Assembly (NCBI GenBank): GCA_014379515.1
Contig: JACMLR010000017.1
Span: 1 to 33,880 of the forward strand
Direction of reading: 5' to 3'
Length of the DNA stretch: 33,880 bases
Source: Chitinophagaceae bacterium
GTDB taxonomy: Bacteria > Bacteroidota > Bacteroidia > Chitinophagales > Chitinophagaceae
Positions 9,750-19,621 of this stretch are shown piece after piece; the stretch's first letter is position 1; the number at the start of each line of letters is the position of its first letter. A program made the position numbers and the translations under genes. The notes under the pieces were generated by a model. The model did not search any database and was not told the origin of the DNA. It worked only from the letters and a program-made list of their open reading frames with translations.

Positions 9750-10664
9750 TTAACGATCGCTTTGCGTTCCAGTAATTTCAAGAAAGGTAGATTCGAGTGT
9801 TTTGCGTTTGATCTGCAGGGAATTCAATACTATTCCTTTGCTAAAGCAGTACCGGTTGATATCACCTGATAAAACAGTTTCAGCTGTTGTTAATTGAATG
9901 ACTCCATCTTTTTCAATTACTGATTCAACGCCAACCATTTCTTTAATCGTAGAACTAAGTAGGCTCATATTATCACTCGTCACTTCCACAATTTGAACAT
10001 TAGCTGTTGAGCCATGCGATAAAATTTGACTTACCGTTCCCGAAGTTTTCAACACGCCTTTTTGGATGATGGCGACATGTGTACAAACCTTTTCGACTTC
10101 ATCAAGAATATGACTCGCCATGATAATCGTTTTGCCCTGGAAACTGAGCTGCTTGATCAACTCCCGAATTTCCGCTATCCCCGCTGGATCAAGGCCATTC
10201 GTCGGTTCATCAAATACCAAAATTTCCGGATCACCCAGGAGTGTCGACGCAATCGCCAGGCGTTGTTTCATCCCCAACGAATAAGTACTAAACTTTGAAT
10301 TCTTTCGCTGAAGTAAGTTTACCGCCTCCAGTACCTTGTCAATATTTTCCTTTCCCTTTCCTTTGATAGCGGCTGCAATTGCAAGATTGTCTGCGCCACT
10401 CAGGTAATGATAGAAATTGGGCGTCTCGAGAAGTGTGCCGATGTTTTTGCGGATGGCATTATCAGCGGGCTTATCATTCCATAAATAACTTCCGGAACTT
10501 GGGCGAAGAACATCCATCACAATACCAAGTAATGTGGTTTTACCACTTCCATTGGGACCGAGTATTCCAAACACACTTCCTGGAGGAACGTCAAAGCTTA
10601 CTTTTTTAAGCGCATGAATTACGCCATAGTTCTTGGATATTTCGCGAACAGATAATATCGACAT
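9750..10664 (-). CDS. ABC transporter ATP-binding protein (BcrA/LanF-like)
   Basis: Walker A GPNGSGKT, signature YSLGMKQRL, Walker B LVFDEPTNGLD and H-loop SHIL. Confidence 0.95.
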   Translation of the reverse strand: MSILSVREISKNYGVIHALKKVSFDVPPGSVFGILGPNGSGKTTLLGIVMDVLRPSSGSYLWNDKPADNAIRKNIGTLLETPNFYHYLSGADNLAIAAAIKGKGKENIDKVLEAVNLLQRKNSKFSTYSLGMKQRLAIASTLLGDPEILVFDEPTNGLDPAGIAEIRELIKQLSFQGKTIIMASHILDEVEKVCTHVAIIQKGVLKTSGTVSQILSHGSTANVQIVEVTSDNMSLLSSTIKEMVGVESVIEKDGVIQLTTAETVLSGDINRYCFSKGIVLNSLQIKRKTLESTFLEITGTQSDR

Positions 10665-10738
10665 GTAAACGGTTTGTACGCTAAAGATGCAGTTTTCTTT
10701 CTATCGACCCAAACCGTAAAAATAAAATGTGCAGTAGA

Positions 10739-11401
10739 TTATGATGATGGCGCAACGTGTTTTTCGTGGTAAATGCTGGAAAATCCTCCAACCACCGCTC
10801 GATTCTTTTCATTAAAATGTAATCGATGCAATTTTAGGTCATCGACGTCGACCGCTTGTACTTTTCGATGCCGGGGATCAAGTGTACCACCAGGTTCTCC
10901 GGCGCGAACTGCAGCGACATACTGGAAATGTGGATCACAAATGGTTCCGCGTGGGTACATAATACCGGGTATTTCAAGTCCGCGGATATCAAGCGAAGTT
11001 GGATGATCCAGACCGATCGTATGTCCGTATTCGTGAGCGGCAGTCGTTGATGTTTGTAAAAGATTGTCTAATTTGAAATAGCCCGTATTGCAGTTCAGTC
11101 CGTCAACAAACGAAATGTTGCCCAGCACATATTCTTCTATTCGAAAAAAATTAAAAGTTGGGTTGTCATTATACCAAATGAGCTCGGGATCAATCGAAGT
11201 ATGATGAGTGGCGCTTATTTCGAATCGAACGGAGAATAAACCTTTTCTTAACTGGACCTTTGCCCGGGGTTGGTTCCAGTGACTTTGAATATCCCTGGCA
11301 ATATCTTCCGCAAGTTTATCAGAAGAAGCGTCTCCATAAAAATGAAAAACAGAACGGATGACAAGCTCCTGACTCCCGGTTAATAATTCAGCTTCACCCA
11401 T
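10739..11401 (-). CDS. Zinc metallopeptidase, metzincin (M10-like)
   Basis: HEYGHTIGLDH equals HExxHxxGxxH, followed by a Met-turn-like GIMYP. No signal peptide. Confidence 0.75.
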   Translation of the reverse strand: MGEAELLTGSQELVIRSVFHFYGDASSDKLAEDIARDIQSHWNQPRAKVQLRKGLFSVRFEISATHHTSIDPELIWYNDNPTFNFFRIEEYVLGNISFVDGLNCNTGYFKLDNLLQTSTTAAHEYGHTIGLDHPTSLDIRGLEIPGIMYPRGTICDPHFQYVAAVRAGEPGGTLDPRHRKVQAVDVDDLKLHRLHFNEKNRAVVGGFSSIYHEKHVAPSS

Positions 11402-11404
11402 ACA

Positions 11405-13783
11405 TCAATTCCTCACCGGTTTCCCCGATTTTAATACACTTAGAATTCGCTCGAGGGATTTTTTCTCGCCCGTCAAACTTAAAAATGCTTCTCGCTCAAG
11501 ATCGAGTAGGTATTGTTCGGAAACCAATGTTGGTTCGGAAAGATCACCACCACACATTACATAGGCAAGTTTTTTAGCGACGAGTGAATCATGTTCAGTC
11601 GCATAACCAGCAACCTTCATTCCATTCACTCCAGCATATAAGGCACCCAACGCAGATTGGCCCAATACTTTGATGTCTTTTCGTTGGGCTTGCATTACGT
11701 AACCGCTGTCGTAAAGTTCCAGTACACTTTTTTTGGCTTCTGCTATCCGGCGACCCTGGTTCATAACAATTTCGTCGAGGCCTTTTCGAAGAATACCGAG
11801 TCCGAAAGCTTCATGAGCAGAGGTTGCAACTTTCGCAGTTGCGATCGTTAGGAAGCGATTTTTTAGAGTGATTGTTTCCGGTTCGTCCTCATGCATCTCA
11901 TCCGCAGCACGCAGAACAAATTCTTTTGTCCCACCTCCACCCGGGATCAGGCCAACGCCAAGTTCAACTAAACCGATATAGGTCTCCGCCGCTGCACATA
12001 CTTTATCTGAATGCAAGCTTAGTTCGCATGCACCACCCAATGCGAGTGCATGAGGCGCTACCACCACTGGTACAGCGGAATAACGGGCACGCATCATCGT
12101 ATTCTGAAAAAGCCGGATCGCCATATCCAATTCGTCATATTCTTGTTCGAGCGCCAGCATGAAAATCATTCCCACATTTGCACCAGCAGAAAAGTTTGGC
12201 GTCTCATTGGCAATCACCAATCCTTTAAACTTGTTTTCTGCCAATGAAATCGATTGATTGATTCCTTCAAGAACCTCTCCGCCTATGCTTCCCATTTTTG
12301 TGTACCATTCTAGTCCTAACACATCATTTCCGAGGTGATAGGTTCGACAGGCACTATTCTTCCACACTGTTTCATTCTCGAAATTTTTCATCACGATGAA
12401 CGCTTCTCCACCCGGTAAAGGTTTATAGCTGCGCGATGGTATATCGTAGTAAAGGCGCTTGCCATTTTCTACTTTGTAAAAAGTTTTTGCGCCACTTGAA
12501 ATCATTTCTTCGATCCAGGGAGCAAGTGAGTAACCGGCATCGCGCATTTTCTTAACTGTACCTTCAACGCCGAACACATCCCAACTTTCAAATGCGCCAA
12601 TTTCCCAACCAAATCCTGCCATCATCGCATCGTCAACGCGATAAATTTCATCACTGATCTCGGGAATGCGATGGGAGATATAAGAGAACAACCCATAATG
12701 AAATTGCCTGTAGAAATCGCCCGCTTTATCCATCCCGGTAGCAAGTGCTTTTAGACGTACCTTAAGATCATCAATGGGTTTTGCAGCCTCCACTGAACCA
12801 AATTTTGCTTTCTGGCGAGGTTTGTATTCAAACGTTTTCAGATCAAGCGTCAGAATTTCTTTTTCACCACCACTGCCTTTCATCTTTTTGAAAAATCCCT
12901 GCGAAGTTTTATCGCCGAGCCAGTTGTTATCGACCATTTTTTGTAACCATGCAGGAATAACAAACGTATCGCGCGCTTCGTCGTTCGGACAATTATCATA
13001 AACTCCTTTGGCAACTTTCACGAGTGTATCAATACCGACTACATCTGCTGTTCGGAAGGTGGCCGATTTCGGACGGCCAATGATCGGACCCGTCAATGCA
13101 TCTACTTCGTCAATCGTCAGGCCCATCTTATCAATCAGGGCGAATAAGGACATGATCCCATAAACGCCAATCCGGTTGGCGATAAATGCGGGAGTGTCTT
13201 TACATAACACGGTTGTCTTGCCCAGCATCAGGTCGCCATAATGCATTAAAAAATGTATGATCTCAGGGTCAGTGTATGGGGTTGGAATAATTTCAAGTAA
13301 GCGGAGATACCGGGGAGGATTGAAAAAGTGCGTACCACAAAAATGTTTTTTGAAATCCTCGCTGCGTCCTTCGGCCATTAAGTGAATTGGAATCCCCGAT
13401 GTGTTCGAACTTATCAAGGTTCCCGGTTTGCGATACTTTTCAACCTCTGTAAAAATTTGCTGTTTAATATCAAGGCGCTCTACAACAACTTCGATGATCC
13501 AGTCGTAAGAAGCAATCTCTTTCATATTATCGGTAAAGTTTCCGGTAGAAATTCTTTTCACCACATCCTTTGTATATACGGGTGAGGGATTTGATTTTAC
13601 CGCGGCCATCAATGCATCGTTCACAATTTTATTTCGTTCTTCCGGCTTTGTACTTTCAGCCGCATCTTTTGGAACAATATCAAGGAGTAAAGCCTGTAGC
13701 CCAATGCCCGCAAAATGTGCGGCTATTCTTGAGCCCATTACACCACTTCCGAGAACCGCTACTTTTTTGATATTCCGTTTCAT
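11405..13783 (-). CDS. fadN: 3-hydroxyacyl-CoA dehydrogenase/enoyl-CoA hydratase (FadN-type)
   Basis: Motifs VLGSGVMG, SNTSG, HFFNPPRY and DTPAFIANRIG, plus a C-terminal crotonase fold (FSAGAN, LGGACE, GLVELGVGLIPGGGG). Confidence 0.92.
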   Translation of the reverse strand: MKRNIKKVAVLGSGVMGSRIAAHFAGIGLQALLLDIVPKDAAESTKPEERNKIVNDALMAAVKSNPSPVYTKDVVKRISTGNFTDNMKEIASYDWIIEVVVERLDIKQQIFTEVEKYRKPGTLISSNTSGIPIHLMAEGRSEDFKKHFCGTHFFNPPRYLRLLEIIPTPYTDPEIIHFLMHYGDLMLGKTTVLCKDTPAFIANRIGVYGIMSLFALIDKMGLTIDEVDALTGPIIGRPKSATFRTADVVGIDTLVKVAKGVYDNCPNDEARDTFVIPAWLQKMVDNNWLGDKTSQGFFKKMKGSGGEKEILTLDLKTFEYKPRQKAKFGSVEAAKPIDDLKVRLKALATGMDKAGDFYRQFHYGLFSYISHRIPEISDEIYRVDDAMMAGFGWEIGAFESWDVFGVEGTVKKMRDAGYSLAPWIEEMISSGAKTFYKVENGKRLYYDIPSRSYKPLPGGEAFIVMKNFENETVWKNSACRTYHLGNDVLGLEWYTKMGSIGGEVLEGINQSISLAENKFKGLVIANETPNFSAGANVGMIFMLALEQEYDELDMAIRLFQNTMMRARYSAVPVVVAPHALALGGACELSLHSDKVCAAAETYIGLVELGVGLIPGGGGTKEFVLRAADEMHEDEPETITLKNRFLTIATAKVATSAHEAFGLGILRKGLDEIVMNQGRRIAEAKKSVLELYDSGYVMQAQRKDIKVLGQSALGALYAGVNGMKVAGYATEHDSLVAKKLAYVMCGGDLSEPTLVSEQYLLDLEREAFLSLTGEKKSLERILSVLKSGKPVRN

Positions 13784-13820
13784 ATGATCGATGTTTAGAG
13801 GAGAAGACTTTCTTTAAATT

Positions 13821-13840
13821 AGTTAGTTATGCAACTAATT
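13821..13840. promoter_or_regulatory. Palindromic operator upstream of fadN
   Basis: TTAGTT-ATGC-AACTAA (13823-13838), between a -7-like TATCTTCG (minus strand, 13848-13855) and the fadN ATG. Confidence 0.5.
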
Positions 13841-14210
13841 TGAAATTCGAAGATAATATTTTCCAGTTGATGGATGAATATTTCAGTTTTGCTCCCAGGA
13901 AATGAAAAAAGATCATTTGATGGCATGACTTTAAACAAACAAAGTAAAAATCTCGGGAAAAAAATAGTATCAGCACATGAAGAATAATCAGGTTTGTATA
14001 CGATAACACTTATGAACTACAAAGTGTTATCATCAATATTGGGCAGCCCAAACCCCTGTTTCCCAGTGAAAATGGGTCCGAGGGTCTACCTTGCATGCCT
14101 GTCCGCGGTTTTCATGATTTAGGTCATGCAATACCATCTAAACACGCGCGTTTATGTCGGGTTATTAGAATTGAACCCCAGCATTTTAAATTCAGTGTCA
14201 TTTGTCATCT

Positions 14211-16334
14211 ATGGAGAACGTGTTACCAGTGTCCTTTTGGCGATCAGCGATAAAGAGCATAGCCGGCTGGTTCACCGTCATGCAGATCAGGGATGGGGCA
14301 CGTCAAATAAACCGGTTTCGATTTGCTCAATTATCCTTGTCCGTCGTTTTTCTTTTAAGTACGCTATTCAATTACATCTCGTCACTTTCATACAGTTTTG
14401 CTATAACAATTTCGGGGCTGGGGTATTGTTTCCTTTTGCAATATCTTAATGATAGAGGTTATGAAAAATTATCCCGGGTATTGTTTTCGGTTTTTTTAAA
14501 TCTAACAGCGCTCTTGTTGTGTTATGTTGAAGGGTTGACTTCAGGATCATACTTCTTTTATTTTCTTGTAGTAATCATTTCAAATTTCATTATCGCAAAA
14601 GAAGATTACCTCGAATTGCGTGTAATCTTTGTGGCTACTTTTTTAATGCTAGCGATTACGTTCTTAATATCACCGCAAGCAAGTGTATTACAACAGATCG
14701 ACACAGCTGCAGGTCAGCTAAATCTTTATGTTAACGCAGTCGTGTCTTTTATCATAGCAGGAATTTTCTCTTATCATATGATGAAAGATAATTTCCTAAA
14801 GGAGCGCACGCTTACCAGCAGCCAACGTTATCTTGATTCTGTGTACAATACATCACTTGATGCAGTGTTCATTGTTAATATGTCCAATGGAATTGTTACA
14901 GATTGCAATACACAAAGTCTTGGAATGTTTGGTGTGAAGTTGAAGTCAGAAATTACCGGTAAACATTTCAATAGTTTTTTCCATGAAACTTCGGAGCGAA
15001 GCGTAGACTTTTTAAATAATGTGATGAGTGATGTTTCGTTGTCCTGGAAAGGTGACATGTCGTGTGTCACACATAATGGTCAATCGTTCGCTGGCTACGT
15101 ATCAGTTGTTTCATTGCCACACGACGGTGTTGTTTACAAAAAAATAAATATTCTTGACATCTCTGATATCAAACAGGCGCAGGCGGCATTGACCCTGGCA
15201 AAAGAAAAAGCAGAACAGGCAGTATTTGCGCGTACACGATTTGTATCAAATATGAGTCATGAATTGCGTACACCTCTTAATGGAATCATTGGTGCCGCGA
15301 ATCTTTTGATGCAGAGTGAAGGGTTGCCCGCACAGGTCCCCTACTTTGATGTGCTGAAACATTCGTCGGAACACATGCTGAACCTGATTAACCAGGTTTT
15401 GGACTTCAGTAAAATTGAAGCCGGCAAAATGGATCTTGAAAAAACCTCCTTCGATCTTCAAAAGCTTGTCGATAATCTATATAGTCTTTTCAAAGGTCAG
15501 TTTGAAGAAAAAAAGTTAGAGTTACAACTCACTTTCGATCCACAACTTGCCAATCGAAGTTATACTGGAGACCCAACGCGGCTCTTGCAGGTGTTGACCA
15601 ACCTTGTTTCGAACGCGCACAAGTTTACGAAGGAAGGAAAAGTTATTTTGTCTGTAATGCAGGTTGCACAAAACAGCCACGCTGCTACAATTCGTTTCTT
15701 TGTCCAGGATTCAGGTATCGGTATTCCGGAGGAGAAGCAGAAAAATATCTTCGACAGTTTCACACAAGTGGAATCAGCTACAACCAGGAAATTTGGGGGA
15801 ACAGGGCTCGGGTTAACCATCAGTTCCCGTATCGTTGAATTGTATGGGGGGAAACTTGAGGTTGATAGCAAAGTAGACCAGGGTAGTTGCTTTTATTTTA
15901 CAATTCAGTTAGGCATAGAGCATAACCAGAAAAAATATGTGAACGAGAATGTGGTGCGTGAATTGAAAAGTTTAAAGGGCACACGCATCCTGCTTGCGGA
16001 AGATAATCCGATCAATATGATGATTGCGAAAGCGGTGCTCGACAAGTGGGATATCACACTCACTGAAGCCGTGAATGGTAAGGATGCCTGGGAAAAATAC
16101 AACGACGAAGATTACGATATCCTTTTGTTAGATCTTGAGATGCCTGAGATGGATGGATTCGAGCTGCTTCAAAAAGTACGGGAAAAAAATTCTCATATTC
16201 CTGCAATTGCTTTTACCGCCGCATTGTTTGAAAACATGCAGGCTCACCTGATCAACCGTGGATTCAATGATTATGTTCAAAAGCCTTTCCGACCGGAAGA
16301 CCTTCATGCAAAAATTGCCCAATTCGTTCGTTAG
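14211..16334 (+). CDS. Membrane hybrid sensor histidine kinase (multi-TM, PAS, HisKA, HATPase, REC)
   Basis: About 5-6 TM segments and a PAS-like region (SLDAVFIVN...CNTQSLGMFG). Also H-box MSHELRTPLNG, N-box NLVSNAHKFT, G boxes DSGIG/GGTGLG and receiver LLAEDN...LLDLEMP...KP. Start ATG 14211. Confidence 0.93.
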   Translation: MENVLPVSFWRSAIKSIAGWFTVMQIRDGARQINRFRFAQLSLSVVFLLSTLFNYISSLSYSFAITISGLGYCFLLQYLNDRGYEKLSRVLFSVFLNLTALLLCYVEGLTSGSYFFYFLVVIISNFIIAKEDYLELRVIFVATFLMLAITFLISPQASVLQQIDTAAGQLNLYVNAVVSFIIAGIFSYHMMKDNFLKERTLTSSQRYLDSVYNTSLDAVFIVNMSNGIVTDCNTQSLGMFGVKLKSEITGKHFNSFFHETSERSVDFLNNVMSDVSLSWKGDMSCVTHNGQSFAGYVSVVSLPHDGVVYKKINILDISDIKQAQAALTLAKEKAEQAVFARTRFVSNMSHELRTPLNGIIGAANLLMQSEGLPAQVPYFDVLKHSSEHMLNLINQVLDFSKIEAGKMDLEKTSFDLQKLVDNLYSLFKGQFEEKKLELQLTFDPQLANRSYTGDPTRLLQVLTNLVSNAHKFTKEGKVILSVMQVAQNSHAATIRFFVQDSGIGIPEEKQKNIFDSFTQVESATTRKFGGTGLGLTISSRIVELYGGKLEVDSKVDQGSCFYFTIQLGIEHNQKKYVNENVVRELKSLKGTRILLAEDNPINMMIAKAVLDKWDITLTEAVNGKDAWEKYNDEDYDILLLDLEMPEMDGFELLQKVREKNSHIPAIAFTAALFENMQAHLINRGFNDYVQKPFRPEDLHAKIAQFVR

Positions 16335-16337
16335 GAA

Positions 16338-18494
16338 TCAACTTACACCAGCTCCCGAGCCGATAACCGTTTCTGGATTTATAAAATGAAGTTTGCCGGA
16401 ACTGTCTTCAGCCAAAAGTATCATTCCGTTACTTTCAATCCCGCGCATTTTTCTTGGTGCAAGATTGGCAACGACCACGACTTGTTTTCCAATAATGTCT
16501 GCCGGTTGAAAATGCATTGCGATCCCGGATACAATGGTTCGTTGTTCTGTTCCCAGGTCAACCGTTAACTTCAGCAACTTATCTGCTTTCTCAACTTTTT
16601 CTGCTGCAAGTATTGTTGCAACTTTCAAATCAATCTTTGCAAAATCATCAAATTGTATAACAGGTTTTGCGGTAGTTTCCATTTTTGTGTTTGAAGGATT
16701 TGTGGTTGCAGCTGCAGGTTTAGATTGCTCCGATTCCGATTTTACAAGACCCGCTTTTAATTTCTCTACCTGCTCTTTCATTTCTTCATCCTCAATTTTT
16801 CTGAAAAGCAGTTGCGGTTCGCGAAGCGAGTAACCAACGCTGAGTAATTTTATTTTTCCAGCATTCTCCCAATCAAGCATTTTCTCAACCACTTTCATCA
16901 TTCCCAGCATTTTTCGTGCAGTGTTCGGTAAAAATGGATTGACCAGTACCGCCAGATTTGCTGTCAGTTGTAAACACAAATGCAATGTATTGTCGATTGA
17001 TTTCTGTGCGTTTGGATCGGTATCGATTTTCTTTGCAACGATCCACGGTTCACGTTTTTGCATGTATTGATTGCCTTTCCGCGCAAGGTCAATCACTTCA
17101 AATAATGCATCGCGAAATTTACATTGCTCTAACATTCCTTCGATACGATCTTTTGAACTGGCAATATCAATAACCAATTGCTTGTCGATATCGTCCAGCA
17201 GATCATTATGAATTGGAGGTACTTTTCCTTTGCATAATTTATGCATCAATACAAATGTGCGATTAACGAAGTTGCCGAAGATTGAGACGAGTTCGCTATT
17301 AACCGCATCCTGGAAACCACGCCAGGTAAACTCACTATCCTTTGTTTCGGGTGCAATTTGAGTGAGGTAGTAACGAAGCATATCAACACATTGACCACCG
17401 CCATTCTCTGGTTTTACAAAATCGTTTATGTAGTCTCTCATTTCGAGTTTCCAGTTTCTGCTGGTACTCATTTTATCTCCTTCGAGATTCAAAAATTCAT
17501 TTGCAGGAACGTTTGCAGGAATAATATTGCCGTGCAATTTCAACATCACCGGGAAAATGATGCAATGAAAAACGATATTATCTTTCCCAACAAAATGAAC
17601 GAGCTGTGTATCCTGGTCGTACCAATACGGTTTCCAACCATCTTCCCCACCGGCGATTCTTTGTTTATTGTCGATCGCCCATTGTTTCGTTGCGCTGATA
17701 TAGCCTATAGGTGCATCAAACCAAACATATAATACCTTGCCGTTTGCATCTGGTAAAGGAACCTGGATACCCCAATCGAGATCACGGGTAACCGCACGTG
17801 ATTGCAAGCCGCCATCGATCCAGCTTCTGCACTGGCCAACAACCGTTGGACGCCAATCATCTTTATGTGATTCGAGGATCCACTCCCTCAAAAATGCTTC
17901 GTGTTTTCCCAATGGTAAAAACCAATGCGACGTTTTCTTCTTGATAGGCGTTTTACCACTAAGGGTGCTAACCGGATTGATTAATTCATCCGGGCTTAAG
18001 GTTCGTCCACAATTTTCGCATTGATCACCATATGCCCGGTCGCTACCGCAATTAGGACAAGTGCCTTTGATAAATCTATCCGCAAGAAAACTATTCGCTT
18101 CCACATCAAAGTACTGTTCCGTTTCTTTTATTTCCAGTTCACCACGATCGTTCAAATATGTAAAAAATTCCTGAGCGGTTTCATGATGAAGCGGGGAGGA
18201 TGTGCGATGATAGATATCGAATGAAATATTGAGATCTTCAAAATCCTGTTTCATTGCCTCATGATACTTATCGATGATGGCCTGCGGAGTCGTTCCCTCT
18301 TTTTTTGCCTGGATGGGAATTGCTGTTCCATGTTCATCACTCCCACATACGAAAACAACATCGCGTTTTTGGGCGCGGAGGTACCGAACATAGATGTCCG
18401 CAGGAATATAAGCACCAGCAAGATGGCCAACGTGTTTCAGGCCATTTGCATACGGAAGAGCTGAAGTAACGAGATAGCGTTTGGGTATCGTCAT
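16338..18494 (-). CDS. metG: Methionine--tRNA ligase with C-terminal tRNA-binding domain
   Basis: ALPYANG-HVGH, Zn knuckle CPNC...CENC, YVWFDA, GKDN, KMSTS and a C-terminal OB domain (NLAPRKMRGIESNGM). Confidence 0.97.
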   Translation of the reverse strand: MTIPKRYLVTSALPYANGLKHVGHLAGAYIPADIYVRYLRAQKRDVVFVCGSDEHGTAIPIQAKKEGTTPQAIIDKYHEAMKQDFEDLNISFDIYHRTSSPLHHETAQEFFTYLNDRGELEIKETEQYFDVEANSFLADRFIKGTCPNCGSDRAYGDQCENCGRTLSPDELINPVSTLSGKTPIKKKTSHWFLPLGKHEAFLREWILESHKDDWRPTVVGQCRSWIDGGLQSRAVTRDLDWGIQVPLPDANGKVLYVWFDAPIGYISATKQWAIDNKQRIAGGEDGWKPYWYDQDTQLVHFVGKDNIVFHCIIFPVMLKLHGNIIPANVPANEFLNLEGDKMSTSRNWKLEMRDYINDFVKPENGGGQCVDMLRYYLTQIAPETKDSEFTWRGFQDAVNSELVSIFGNFVNRTFVLMHKLCKGKVPPIHNDLLDDIDKQLVIDIASSKDRIEGMLEQCKFRDALFEVIDLARKGNQYMQKREPWIVAKKIDTDPNAQKSIDNTLHLCLQLTANLAVLVNPFLPNTARKMLGMMKVVEKMLDWENAGKIKLLSVGYSLREPQLLFRKIEDEEMKEQVEKLKAGLVKSESEQSKPAAATTNPSNTKMETTAKPVIQFDDFAKIDLKVATILAAEKVEKADKLLKLTVDLGTEQRTIVSGIAMHFQPADIIGKQVVVVANLAPRKMRGIESNGMILLAEDSSGKLHFINPETVIGSGAGVS

Positions 18495-18502
18495 AAGAGC
18501 AG

Positions 18503-18510
18503 CAAAAATA
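18503..18510 (-). promoter_or_regulatory. -7 box TATTTTTG for metG
   Basis: Exact TAnnTTTG 8 nt upstream of ATG 18494, implying a nearly leaderless transcript. Confidence 0.55.
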
Positions 18511-18607
18511 GGCTGATAAATTGAATAGCGGAAACTCAGTACAACTGGTGATAAGGGAAAAGATATTGGATACTTAGCGCCTGGAGTGATTAGAGTTTTT
18601 GAACGTT

Positions 18608-19621
18608 TTATAATAACCTGTCGAGCGAAGCAAAGAGTGCTTCTTTACGACCCGGTCTTGCTGCATCGAAGTCAACTATCTTTCCCTGTTTGTCTGCGAT
18701 TAAGTATGTTGGTATGGCGAACATGCGCTCTTCAGAATAATGTGCTGCGTATTTCTTCCAGAAATTTTCTGAATAAAATTGGATAGACATTGACACATTC
18801 ACTCCTTCCAGGTTATATCGATAAACCATTTCTTTCCACTCGCGGCTATCATCAAAACCATAAGGCGATTTTAGGTATAAAAAAGCAACTGGCTTGTTGA
18901 TGTATCGCTGTTTTAATGCCGGAATCTGGGCAAACTCCTGAATGCATGGCGCGCACCGGGTACCCCATAAATCCACATACACAACTTTGTTCCGCAATTG
19001 TGGAAGCAAGAGCAATTCTTCCAAACTCCCAACCACACTGGTATCTTCTATTAAAAATATTTTTGAAGAATCCGTTTTTTTGGATGGAGCTCGAAAATAG
19101 AGTGTATCGGCACCTTGTTTTTTCCTGATTGGAAGAAAACGCAATGTGTCCCGAACTGAAACGGGGACGGTGGCTCGAACCCTGACCCTTTTTTTGGCAA
19201 TAGTTGGCGGAGCGGGAACAGTATTGAGAACATGCAAAGAATCACCATCGCTCTGATGCACAGCAACCCTTTTCTTAGTCTTTATTGCCGGGGTTGTTGA
19301 TTGCGCTTGCTTTTGATCACTTGATTTTTGGGTTGCTACTGGTTTTGACTTTGGTAGTGTATCCTGAACTGATATTGATGCAGGTTGACCTGATGGACTC
19401 ATCTGCTCCCGGCTGGTTTTCCTGGTCGCGAAAAATAATATAACGGCGGTTGAGCAAATTATTCCAATCGCCAGTCCCCAACCAACATTTGTTGGAATTC
19501 CGGGAGCACTTCGTAGTGAAACCATTTCCTTCCAATACTTGTCGACTGAACTGAGATCTGTTTCAGCCTCGGAATCCAGCTTTCTAAGATGAACATCTAT
19601 TTCAGTGTTGCTAAATATCAT
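18608..19621 (-). CDS. Membrane-anchored TlpA/thioredoxin-like protein with putative anti-sigma N-terminus
   Basis: N-terminal 45 aa, TM at aa 46-65, low-complexity linker, then KVVYVDLWGTRCAPC...IPTYLIADKQGKIV (CxxC and cis-Pro loop). Overlaps the ECF sigma gene by 11 bp. Confidence 0.8.
   Translation of the reverse strand: MIFSNTEIDVHLRKLDSEAETDLSSVDKYWKEMVSLRSAPGIPTNVGWGLAIGIICSTAVILFFATRKTSREQMSPSGQPASISVQDTLPKSKPVATQKSSDQKQAQSTTPAIKTKKRVAVHQSDGDSLHVLNTVPAPPTIAKKRVRVRATVPVSVRDTLRFLPIRKKQGADTLYFRAPSKKTDSSKIFLIEDTSVVGSLEELLLLPQLRNKVVYVDLWGTRCAPCIQEFAQIPALKQRYINKPVAFLYLKSPYGFDDSREWKEMVYRYNLEGVNVSMSIQFYSENFWKKYAAHYSEERMFAIPTYLIADKQGKIVDFDAARPGRKEALFASLDRLL

Noticed and set aside
13827-14009. 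60-aa ORF upstream of fadN
   Set aside because: Non-ATG start, AT-rich, overlaps the putative promoter/operator and is not a recognisable regulator.
14060-14085. CAGTGAAAATGG resembling a cobalamin riboswitch loop
   Set aside because: Lacks the upstream AGGGAA, the B12 box and the expected flanking pairing.
14126-14449. 107-aa ORF overlapping the kinase start
   Set aside because: Alternative frame with no recognisable features.
16338-18494. KMSTS instead of KMSKS in MetRS
   Set aside because: Within ordinary variation for this motif in Bacteroidota MetRS as far as I recall.
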